A stretch of 64,000 nt of DNA from Alphaproteobacteria bacterium (GTDB lineage: Bacteria; Pseudomonadota; Alphaproteobacteria; Bin95). The number at the start of each line of letters is the position of its first letter. The stretch's first letter is position 1. The notes beneath the pieces are model-generated. The model did not search any database, was not told where the DNA came from, and worked only from the letters and a program-made list of their open reading frames with translations. The position numbers and the translations under genes are program-made. The stretch is taken from positions 3,296,001-3,360,000 of the forward strand of contig CBDBGH010000003.1 in the NCBI GenBank assembly GCA_965205265.1. Reading direction: 5' to 3'. Of this stretch, positions 21,046 to 29,825 are shown in pieces.

Positions 21046-21274
21046 GGCACGGAAGAAGGAAGGGGCCTCCGGAGGCTGCTTCGTCTCCTGCTTGCGCACC
21101 GGTGACGCCTGCTTGTCGTCGCTCCGGCCGGGGCGACGCAAAAAGAAAGCCGGGCGGCATTCTCCATGAGTCATAACCCGGCGCCGCTGGTATTTCGCGC
21201 AAATTGGGGTTCCGCCGCAGCCGGGCCGGTGATGGCCGGAAGAACGGAACGAAGACGGCTCGAAAGGAAGACCC

Positions 21275-21322
21275 ATGCCCGAAACCACCATCGCCCATGC
21301 CCCGACCGCATGCGGACCATGA
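21275..21322 (+). CDS. 15-codon mini-ORF MPETTIAHAPTACGP (putative)
   Basis: AAAGGAAG RBS; counterpart of 13590-13637. Confidence 0.35.
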   Translation: MPETTIAHAPTACGP

Positions 21323-21479
21323 CATCTCATGACACGTCCGGGGGTGTCCCGGCAGCTCTGCGCACCCTGTCCGTCGGAATCCGGCCACGGGTCCCGAACG
21401 GAGACGTGAATTCGGCGCGCCTTGCCGCAGGCCGAGGACATGGCCAGAGTCGCCGCGCCGCGGCGGATGGGAGACGGCA

Positions 21480-22547
21480 GTGACGGACGATTTCGGAATC
21501 TGGGAAGTGGACGAGGAGACTAAGGCCTCTAAGCAGCTGGAGGAAGCCGAGCGCACCGGCACAGAAGCGGTGCTGGAGGACATCCTGGTCCAGAACCCGG
21601 CCATGCTTATGCCGGGCCTCAAGCTGGTCGGAAGGCAATTGCAGACCGCCAACGGGCCCTTGGACCTGCTGGGCGTCGATTCCGAAGGCCGGCTGGTGGT
21701 GTTCGAATTGAAGCGGGAGAAGCTGAGGCGGGAGGCGGTGGCGCAAGCAGTCGATTACGCCTCCTGGCTCGACTCGCTGGACGACGCCGAACTCCACAGG
21801 CTGATTGGCGACAACTCGGGCCGGGGCGGCATCCGCGAGATCGGGAATTTCGAGGAGTGGTACGAAAGCAACGACAATTGGGACTCGCTGGAATCGTTGA
21901 GACCGATCCGGATCGTTCTGGTGGGCCTCGGAGCGGACGAACCGGCGCGGCGTATGGCCGACTGGCTGGCGAGGAAAGGCGTTGAAATCGACCTGCTGAC
22001 ATTTCTCGGATTCCGCCATGGGAACCGGATGCTGCTCGCAAGGCAACTCGAAAGCGGCGAGTGGAAGCCGCCGCGTCCGCCAAGTCGGAAAGGGGAGGAG
22101 CGCCGGGAACACCTCAACAGGAAGCTCGACGAATACGGAATGCGCGATTGGTGGCAGGACGCTATCGCCGCGCTCGAACTCAACTCCCGACCTTCCTACA
22201 AAGCGAACCTGGGGATTACGTTTTACAGGCGCAATGCGCGCACATTGGCGACGGGTGAAAGACAGGCTGCATCTCACAAAATCGAGATTGCCGATCCGGG
22301 CGACATTCGCATCATCTTCTTCCCAGCAGCGGTCGAACTTTGCCTGAGCGAGTTTCAGGAATTGAAAGACGCAATTCGATTCGATTGCCGGCGGCCGATT
22401 AACACGTGGCCCACGGAACGGGCACCCGAGGAATGGTTCTGCCGTTTGGACGAAAGTGGATGGCGGGAGCACAAGGGCAGCATCGCGGAGCTTGTCCGCT
22501 TGGTGGACGAGCGGTGGCGCGCGGCGGCGGAGCAGCCGGCCTCGTGA
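21480..22547 (+). CDS. PD-(D/E)XK nuclease, NucS/EndoMS C-terminal (DUF91)-like, with unknown C-terminal domain
   Basis: E..LEDILVQNP, GRQ...GPLDLLGVD, VVFELKR, AVAQAVDYASW; GGGAG RBS and GTG start. Confidence 0.8.
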   Translation: MTDDFGIWEVDEETKASKQLEEAERTGTEAVLEDILVQNPAMLMPGLKLVGRQLQTANGPLDLLGVDSEGRLVVFELKREKLRREAVAQAVDYASWLDSLDDAELHRLIGDNSGRGGIREIGNFEEWYESNDNWDSLESLRPIRIVLVGLGADEPARRMADWLARKGVEIDLLTFLGFRHGNRMLLARQLESGEWKPPRPPSRKGEERREHLNRKLDEYGMRDWWQDAIAALELNSRPSYKANLGITFYRRNARTLATGERQAASHKIEIADPGDIRIIFFPAAVELCLSEFQELKDAIRFDCRRPINTWPTERAPEEWFCRLDESGWREHKGSIAELVRLVDERWRAAAEQPAS

Positions 22548-23761
22548 GCCGGTTCGATGTCATCGTGGTCGGCGGCGGGCTGGTCGGGGCGGCGGTGGCG
22601 CGGGCCTTCGCCTCGGCCGGGCTGGAGGTGGCGCTGGTGGACCGCGCCCCGGTGCAGACGGGCCAGGCCTTCGACGGGCGCACCACCGCCGTTTCGCACG
22701 CCTCCGTGCAGGTGCTGCGGGGCGTGGGCCTCTGGCCGGCCATTGCGGCGCATGCCGAGCCGATGGCGGACATCCGCATCACCGACGGCGCCGCGCCGGT
22801 CTTCCTCCACTACGACCACCGCGAGGTCGGGGACGAACCGTTCGGCTATATCGTGGAGAACCGGCTGATCCGCAGCGCGGCGGCGGCGCTGCTGGAGCGC
22901 ACGGCGAATGTCGCGGTCTTCGCTCCGGCCGCGGCGGAGAGGAGCGAGCGCGGCGGGGGCCTCGCCCGGCTGTTCCTCGAGGACGGGCGCGTTCTGGAAG
23001 CGCCGCTCATCGTTGCCGCCGACGGGCGCGGCTCGCCGCTCCGCCGCGAAGCGGGAATCGGGACGGTGGCATGGGCCTACGGGCAGAAGGCGCTGGTGCT
23101 GACCGTCGGCCATGAGGAACCGCACGGCAATGTCGCGCATGAGCGGTTCCTCGCCGGCGGGCCGTTCGCGATCCTGCCGATGACCGACGGCCCGGAGGGC
23201 GAACACCGCTCCTCCATCGTCTGGTCGGAACGCAGCGATTTGGCCGACGCCCTGCTCTCGCTCGACGACGCGCGCTTCCTCCAGGAGCTCGAATGGCGTT
23301 TCGGCGATTTCCTGGGCGCCATCCGGCTCATCGGCCCGCGCTGGTGCTGGCCGGTCGGGCTCGTGCTGGCGGAGCGCTTCTACGCCGACCGGCTGGCGCT
23401 GGCGGGCGATGCGGCCTGCGGCATCCACCCCATCGCCGGGCAGGGCTTCAATCTCGGCATTCGCGGCGTGGCCGCGCTTGCGGAATGCACGGTCGATGCG
23501 TTCCGCCTCGGCCTCGATATCGGCAGCCCGGCCGTGCTGGCGGAATACCAGCGCCGGCAACGGGCGGACAGCGTGTTGCTGGCGGGCATCACGGACGGGC
23601 TGAACCGGCTCTTCTCGAACGACATTGCGCCCGTGCAGGCCGCGCGGCAACTGGGCCTCGCGGCCGTCGGGCGGCTGCCGGGCCTCAAGCGCGCCTTCAT
23701 GCGCCACGCCATGGGCGTCGCCGGCACGCCGCCCCGCCTCGTCCGCGGCCAGCCGCTCTGA
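22544..23761 (+). CDS. UbiH/UbiF/UbiL-family FAD-dependent ubiquinone hydroxylase
   Basis: GGGLVG, DGRTTA, AADGRGSPLR, GDAACGIHPIAGQGFNLG, RAFMRHAMG. Confidence 0.92.
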   Translation: MSRFDVIVVGGGLVGAAVARAFASAGLEVALVDRAPVQTGQAFDGRTTAVSHASVQVLRGVGLWPAIAAHAEPMADIRITDGAAPVFLHYDHREVGDEPFGYIVENRLIRSAAAALLERTANVAVFAPAAAERSERGGGLARLFLEDGRVLEAPLIVAADGRGSPLRREAGIGTVAWAYGQKALVLTVGHEEPHGNVAHERFLAGGPFAILPMTDGPEGEHRSSIVWSERSDLADALLSLDDARFLQELEWRFGDFLGAIRLIGPRWCWPVGLVLAERFYADRLALAGDAACGIHPIAGQGFNLGIRGVAALAECTVDAFRLGLDIGSPAVLAEYQRRQRADSVLLAGITDGLNRLFSNDIAPVQAARQLGLAAVGRLPGLKRAFMRHAMGVAGTPPRLVRGQPL

Positions 23762-23954
23762 CGCCGCATTGTGCGATGCAGGGCCGTAGCCGGCGCCGTC
23801 CCCTTCCGCTCGGCCGGAGGGGTTGGGGCAGAACACCGGCGACAGCATTGATTTGCCTATAATTTGACCACGGAAGCCAAGTCGCCCGATTCATGCCGTA
23901 ATTTTCATCGCGCGAGTGCCCGGGCTCTCAGCGCCCATGAAGAATTCTACATAA

Positions 23955-23988
23955 AATCAAATGATTGCGGATTTGGCCCGGTTCTTGT
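23955..23988 (+). promoter_or_regulatory. IHF site and sigma54-type promoter of glnK-amtB
   Basis: AATCAA-ATGA-TTG (IHF consensus) at 23955-23967; TGGCCC-N5-TTGT at 23974-23988 (-12 deviates from GC); NtrC-like TGC-N11-CCA further upstream. Confidence 0.6.
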
Positions 23989-24001
23989 TCCGCACCCTTG
24001 A

Positions 24002-24379
<378 letters not shown>

Positions 24380-24394
24380 GCGGGAGACAGGGAC

Positions 24395-25738
24395 ATGCTT
24401 CGCATCATCACGGCCGCCGCGGCCCTCTTCGTCCTGGCAGCGCCGCCCGCCCATGCGGCGGTGGAAGGCGAGATCGCCTTCGTCTTCAACACCTTCTCCT
24501 TCCTGGTGCACGGCTTCCTGGTCATGCTGATGGCGGCCGGCTTCGCCATGCTCGAATCGGGCCTCGTGCGCACAAAGAACACCGCGGCGATCTGCCTGAA
24601 GAACATCGCGCTCTACTCCATCGCCGGCATCGTGTTCTACATCGTCGGCTACGCCGTGATGTACACGGATGTGAACGGCGGCTGGATCGGCACCTTCGAC
24701 TTCCTCTACAACCCGTCCGAGGCCGAGCTCGCGCTCCTCAACGCAGAGGACGCGACGGCCGGACAGGTCGCGGCCGTGGTCGAAGGCGGCTACTCGGTCA
24801 TGTCCGACTGGTTCTTCCAGATGGTGTTCGTGGCCACGGCCGCCTCCATCGTCTCGGGCACGCTGGCCGAGCGCATCCGCATCCTGCCCTTCCTGGTCTT
24901 CACGGTGCTGCTGTCGGCGCTGATCTACCCGATCCAGGCCTCCTGGGTCTGGGGCGGCGGCTGGCTCGCCGGGATGGGCTTCAGCGATTTTGCGGGCTCG
25001 ACGCTGGTGCATTCCACCGGGGGCTGGGCCGCGCTCGCAGGCGCTATCGTGCTGGGCGCGCGCAAGGGCAAATACGGGCCGGACGGCAGCATCAACCCGA
25101 TGCCGGGCGCGAACCTGCCGCTCGCCACGCTCGGCACCTTCATCCTCTGGTTCGGCTGGTTCGGCTTCAACGGCGGCTCGCAGCTGGCGCTCGGCTCCGC
25201 GCTCGACGCGGTGGCGATCTCCATCGTCTATGTGAACACCAACCTCGCCGCCGCAGCCGGCGTGATCGCGGCCATGGCGACGAGCTACGCCATGTACCGC
25301 AAGATCGACCTGACGCTGGCGCTGAACGGGGCCATAGCGGGCCTCGTCTCGATCACCGCCGGCCCCGACCTCCAGAACCATGTGCTGGCGCTCGTCATCG
25401 GCGGCATCGGCGGCATGCTCGTGGTCTATGCGGTTCCGGCCCTCGACCGGCTCAAGGTCGATGATGTGGTGGGCGCGATCTCGGCCCATCTGGTCGCCGG
25501 CATCTGGGGCACGCTCGCGGTCGGCATATTCGGCGGCGGCGACTTCGTCACCCAGCTCATCGGCGTGCTCGCCATCGGCGTCTTCGTCTTCTCCGTCTCG
25601 CTCGCGGCGTGGTTCGCGCTCAAGCTTGCGCTGGGCATCCGGGCCTCGGAAGAAGCGGAAGACGACGGCCTCGACAAGAGCGAGCTCGGCATGGAAGCCT
25701 ATCCCGAGTTCGGCCGGGGCTCCTCGCCGCTCTTCTAG
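24395..25738 (+). CDS. amtB: Ammonium transporter
   Basis: GFAMLESG, FFQMVFVATAASIVSG..AER, DFAGSTLVH, ILWFGWFGFNGGS, DDVVGAISAH. Confidence 0.96.
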   Translation: MLRIITAAAALFVLAAPPAHAAVEGEIAFVFNTFSFLVHGFLVMLMAAGFAMLESGLVRTKNTAAICLKNIALYSIAGIVFYIVGYAVMYTDVNGGWIGTFDFLYNPSEAELALLNAEDATAGQVAAVVEGGYSVMSDWFFQMVFVATAASIVSGTLAERIRILPFLVFTVLLSALIYPIQASWVWGGGWLAGMGFSDFAGSTLVHSTGGWAALAGAIVLGARKGKYGPDGSINPMPGANLPLATLGTFILWFGWFGFNGGSQLALGSALDAVAISIVYVNTNLAAAAGVIAAMATSYAMYRKIDLTLALNGAIAGLVSITAGPDLQNHVLALVIGGIGGMLVVYAVPALDRLKVDDVVGAISAHLVAGIWGTLAVGIFGGGDFVTQLIGVLAIGVFVFSVSLAAWFALKLALGIRASEEAEDDGLDKSELGMEAYPEFGRGSSPLF

Positions 25739-25870
25739 CGGCGGGCGCCTTCCCGCAACCGGCGGGCGCGCGGCCATCCGGGCCGCGCGCCCGTCTTGCT
25801 TTCCGCATCGCGCTGCGGCCGGCGATTGCATGCTAAGGTGGGCCGGTCGCAAGCAATGAACGGTCGGGTC

Positions 25871-26638
25871 ATGCGCAATCGGGGTCATGCGGTCGGCTTC
25901 GTTCTGTCCTGTTGGCTGGCGGTGGCGCTGGCCATGCCCCTGGCGGGCGTTGCCGATGCGCGCTCCATGGACGAGGCGCAGGCGGCCTATGCCGAGGGAC
26001 GGTTCACGGACGCAGCCCGGATTGCCGAAAGCCTCGGAACCTCCCGGGGATTTGCGCTGGCGGCGCAGTCGTTGACGGTCCACGGCTACTTCATTGCCGC
26101 CAGCGGCGAGAAGGGGGGGCTGTTCGAGCGGGCGCTCGGGCTCGCGCAAAAGGCGGTCCGCGCCGATCCCGGCAATGCGGACGCCCATCTGCAACTGGCG
26201 CGCGCCACCGGCCGGCTTGCGCAGACCGTCGGCTCCTTCGAGGCGGCGGACAGGGGATATGCGGAGCAGATCCGCGAGGCGACGGAGGACGCGCTCCGGC
26301 TCGACCCCGGCATGGCCCAGGCCCATATAAGTCTTGCCCGGTGGCACACGGGCATAGTCGGCAAGGCGGGGGCGTTCCTGGCGCGCCTGACCTACGGCGC
26401 CCGCGAAAAGGATGCGATCGCTTCCCTGGATCGGGCCCTCGAGCTCGCGCCCGATGCGAAGGACGTGCCGCTTCAATACGCGCTCGGCCTGCTGGAGCTT
26501 GACGAGGACGAACATCGCGAGAAGGCGCGAAGCCTGCTGAAGCGGTCCATCGCGATACCGGCGAAGGACGCCTTCGAACGCCTGCTGGACAAGCTGGCGA
26601 GGGACCGCCTCAAGGCCCTGGAGGCGCCCGGCGGCTGA
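25871..26638 (+). CDS. Secreted TPR-like helical repeat protein
   Basis: Signal peptide; repeated A..AL.LDP motifs; start uncertain. Confidence 0.75.
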   Translation: MRNRGHAVGFVLSCWLAVALAMPLAGVADARSMDEAQAAYAEGRFTDAARIAESLGTSRGFALAAQSLTVHGYFIAASGEKGGLFERALGLAQKAVRADPGNADAHLQLARATGRLAQTVGSFEAADRGYAEQIREATEDALRLDPGMAQAHISLARWHTGIVGKAGAFLARLTYGAREKDAIASLDRALELAPDAKDVPLQYALGLLELDEDEHREKARSLLKRSIAIPAKDAFERLLDKLARDRLKALEAPGG

Positions 26639-26878
26639 CGGTTCCGGCGGGCGGACGGGCCTGCCCGGACTTGACTGAGGCGGCCTCTGCCCCGATGCTA
26701 AAGGGGTGACAGTTCAACGACGTAAGGCAACCGCAATCTTCGGAGATGCGTTGGATTGCGGATTGGCGCCGGCGCCGGTTTTTCGCCTGTTCCCTGTCCG
26801 CCGCCCGCTTCCGAAATCGTCGCGCTGCAACGGCGCCGATGCCCTGCCGTCGAGCCAGCTGCAAGGAGGCCATGGTCG

Positions 26879-28915
26879 ATGACCGCCGCCGCCACCGTAT
26901 GCACGAGAGTCCAGCCTCTAAGTTTGCCCGACGAGCTCATTCTGATGCTCCTCAACGACCAGACCGGATACTTCCACCAGGTTCCCGGCTGGAGATTGCA
27001 ATGCGCCGTCGCCGGCGCGGCGCTTGCGGAACTCTCGCTCCTTTCCCGCATCGACACGGACATGGAGTCGCTGGTCCTGCTGGACCGAACGGAGACCGGC
27101 GATCCCGCGCTGGACCCGCTGCTGAAGGAAATTGCCGACGAACCCGTTCAAAGGAACGCCCGTTACTGGATCGAACGGCTCGCCGCCGGGATCGAGCCGG
27201 TCATCGATCTGACGCTGGACAATCTGGTGCGCCGGAAGATCCTGGAACATCATGACGGCGACTTCTGGACGCTGACTCCCGCGCACTGGCTTGCACAGCG
27301 GGATGGGGAAGAGAGCTCTGCAAGCCAGTTCATCCGCACGCGCATCAGCGAGGCCATCTTCACCGACACGATTCCCGATCCGAGGGACGTGATTGTCATT
27401 TGCCTCATCAACACATGCGACGTCTTCCGCTTCATGTTCGAACTCAACGAGCAGGCGGAAGAGCGGATCGGGCTCATCTGCAGGATGGACCTGATCGGCC
27501 GTTCCATAGCCGAGGCGGTCGAACAGAATATCGCCAGCCCGCTGGGCCGCCCCGCGGCCCTGTCCCGGCGCATACCGCAGGTTCCGCTGCACCGCCTGCT
27601 GTTGAATCCGCATGTGCGCAAGGGCCATCTTCCCGCGCTCCTCGCAGACCTTGCGAAGGAATACGGCCCGGTGTTCCGGATAAGGCCGCCGGGCGCCAGG
27701 GCCATGACCTTCCTCGCCGGACCGTCGGTCAACCGGTGGGTGCACAAGAGCGGGCGGATGCACCTGAGGGCAGGGGGCTATTTTGCCGGCTTCGAGAACG
27801 TCTTCGGCGCGTCGGGCGTATTGCCTTCGCTGGACGGCGGCGACCATTTCCGGCTTCGCAAGGCCATGTCGCCGGCCTATTCGCGTGACCGGCTGGCCGG
27901 TCAGCTCGACCAGCTTTTCCATCTTGTCCGCAAGTTCATGGCGACCTGGACGGTCGGAGAGACCTACCAGGCAAGGTCCATGTGCCGGAGCATGGTCAAC
28001 GAGCAGATTTCGTCTCTCCATGTCGGCGTCGATACGCAGGACCTGATCGACGATCTGGTCACTTACAAGGAACGCGCGCTCAGCGTCCATATCATAAAGA
28101 CCATGCCCAAATTCATGCTGAAAACCCCAGGCATGAAACGCCGGGCGAAAGCCATTGACGAAATGCTGGAACGGGTCCGGCGCACTCACACGCCCGCCCA
28201 GCGGGCCGGTTGCCCGCGGAACCTTGCGGACGACGTGCTGGGCCTGAATGTGAGCGATCCGCAACTGGTGCCGGAATCGAATCTGCGCTTCGCCCTGACG
28301 GCGACGGGGCTGACCAGCGTGTATTTCGGCGACATGCTCAGCTTCGCGATTTACGCCATGGTTTCGCAACCTGCGATCCACGAGAGAATCCGAGGCGAGG
28401 CGGACGCCCTGTTCGAGGGCGGCGATCCGGTTGGCGAGGACTTCACCCTGGCCGCCACCGATGTCACTCACCGCTTCCTGCAGGAATGTCTGCGGATGTA
28501 CCCGGTCATCGCGATGTCCGTGCGCGATGTGGTGAACTCCTGCGTGGTCGAGGGGCACGAACTGCCGGTCGGGACGCGGGTCTATATCGCCCAGGCGGCC
28601 TCGCACTATATGGACGACGTGTTTCCCGACCCCTTCTCCTTCGATATCGACCGCTACCTGCCCCCGATCAGCGCGCACCGCAGTTTCGGATTCGCGCCCT
28701 ACGGACTGGGCACGCACACCTGTCTCGGCATCCGGCAGGCGCTTCTGCAAATGACGGTCAATATGATGATGATCGCGCATTACTTCACGATAGCGGTGTC
28801 TCCTTCGGACTATGAGCTCCGGTTCAACCCGGTTCCGTCGATGAAGCCGACGAAGAAGCTGAAATTCCACATCGCCGAGCAGAGGCGCGAACTGCCTGTC
28901 CGATCTGCCCCGTGA
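26879..28915 (+). CDS. GPP34/GOLPH3-like domain fused to cytochrome P450
   Basis: AAGGAGG RBS; N-terminal LSLPDELILMLLND..AGAALAELSL..RID..TGDPALD..YWIERL..IPDPRD; C-terminal ExxR (ECLR), FPDPFSFDIDRY, heme motif YGLGTHTCLG. Confidence 0.88.
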   Translation: MTAAATVCTRVQPLSLPDELILMLLNDQTGYFHQVPGWRLQCAVAGAALAELSLLSRIDTDMESLVLLDRTETGDPALDPLLKEIADEPVQRNARYWIERLAAGIEPVIDLTLDNLVRRKILEHHDGDFWTLTPAHWLAQRDGEESSASQFIRTRISEAIFTDTIPDPRDVIVICLINTCDVFRFMFELNEQAEERIGLICRMDLIGRSIAEAVEQNIASPLGRPAALSRRIPQVPLHRLLLNPHVRKGHLPALLADLAKEYGPVFRIRPPGARAMTFLAGPSVNRWVHKSGRMHLRAGGYFAGFENVFGASGVLPSLDGGDHFRLRKAMSPAYSRDRLAGQLDQLFHLVRKFMATWTVGETYQARSMCRSMVNEQISSLHVGVDTQDLIDDLVTYKERALSVHIIKTMPKFMLKTPGMKRRAKAIDEMLERVRRTHTPAQRAGCPRNLADDVLGLNVSDPQLVPESNLRFALTATGLTSVYFGDMLSFAIYAMVSQPAIHERIRGEADALFEGGDPVGEDFTLAATDVTHRFLQECLRMYPVIAMSVRDVVNSCVVEGHELPVGTRVYIAQAASHYMDDVFPDPFSFDIDRYLPPISAHRSFGFAPYGLGTHTCLGIRQALLQMTVNMMMIAHYFTIAVSPSDYELRFNPVPSMKPTKKLKFHIAEQRRELPVRSAP

Positions 28916-28934
28916 CGACCGGCGGAGCCGGGCG

Positions 28935-29756
28935 CTACCGCGCCCGTTTCAGCGCCGTGCGGGTGAAATCGTCGAGGTCGAGGTCGGTCCCGAACTCGTA
29001 TTCCGCCCACACTAGGTCGGTGCTCTTGCCCGTGAGATGGTTCGTCATCGCTATCTTGCTGCTCCGCCAGAAGCGGTCGAGATATTTCTTGTAGCCCTCC
29101 GAGACCATCGTCTTGAGATGGGCGTCCCTGCGGTCGAAATACTGGATCTGCATAGTGCGGAGCTCTTCCCGATCGAGCCAGACGAGCTGGCGGGAATAAC
29201 CGGAATCCTTGCTTGTCGGGACCCGTTCCAGAACGGCGCACTGGAGATCGCCGCAGGGCTCGTCGCGCAGATAGCGATGGGTGAATTTCTCGACCTCGGC
29301 CGCGCCGAAGTCCTCATATGAGAACTCGCTGCCCATGAAGGAGCCGGACTGGTTCGAGGAGCTGATGCGCTTGACCCGTTTCAGCGCGGGAAGATAGAGC
29401 CACTGGTCGTCCGGATCGTTCTTGTGGGCGTGGACGAGGAACGCCGTTCCCTTCACGTCGCGCGGCCGGTCGAACACGAACATGCTGCGGTCGCCGTCTT
29501 CCTCCACCTCGATGACTTTCAGGCGGAGTTCGCGGTGGCTTTCCTGCCCCCGCTTGTTGCGCAGCGTCATGGTCAGGCTTGCGGTGAAATTGCCGAACCC
29601 CTTCTGCCGCTCGCGGGCTTCCGTCGCGATCTTGAGCCCCTGCTCCTCGGGGCTGTCGGCCGCCCGGCCGGCGGAAGGCGCAAGCGACCAGACAAATACA
29701 GCCAGCACGGCCGCGGACAAGGCAAGCATCGGATGGGGGAGAGAGACGCGAATCAC
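28935..29756 (-). CDS. Outer-membrane lipoprotein-sorting (LolA-like) periplasmic protein
   Basis: GAAAGGAGG RBS and GTG start; signal peptide; PRDVKGTAFL, DDQWLYLPALKRVKRISS, FMGSEFSYED. Confidence 0.9.
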   Translation of the reverse strand: MIRVSLPHPMLALSAAVLAVFVWSLAPSAGRAADSPEEQGLKIATEARERQKGFGNFTASLTMTLRNKRGQESHRELRLKVIEVEEDGDRSMFVFDRPRDVKGTAFLVHAHKNDPDDQWLYLPALKRVKRISSSNQSGSFMGSEFSYEDFGAAEVEKFTHRYLRDEPCGDLQCAVLERVPTSKDSGYSRQLVWLDREELRTMQIQYFDRRDAHLKTMVSEGYKKYLDRFWRSSKIAMTNHLTGKSTDLVWAEYEFGTDLDLDDFTRTALKRAR

Positions 29757-29825
29757 CGTTTCCTCCTTTCGGCAGCGCTGCCGGATTCTCTTTGCAGAGG
29801 ATAGCACAATGCCTGCCGCAAGGGC

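Larger units (their letters stand above)
20975..21340 (+). repeat. Dispersed element, copy B (no cargo ORF)
   Basis: Promoter, hairpins centred on CTCCGGAG and CGGCCG, mini-ORF 21275-21322, CATGACA at 21318 and 21328. Confidence 0.65.

Noticed and set aside
21117-21150. Hairpin plus A-run as an intrinsic terminator
   Set aside because: The A-run is 3' of the stem on the plus strand, so neither strand has a U-tract after the hairpin; treated as part of element B instead
21166-21483. 105-aa ORF inside element B
   Set aside because: No RBS, low-complexity Arg-rich translation, and not conserved in copy A
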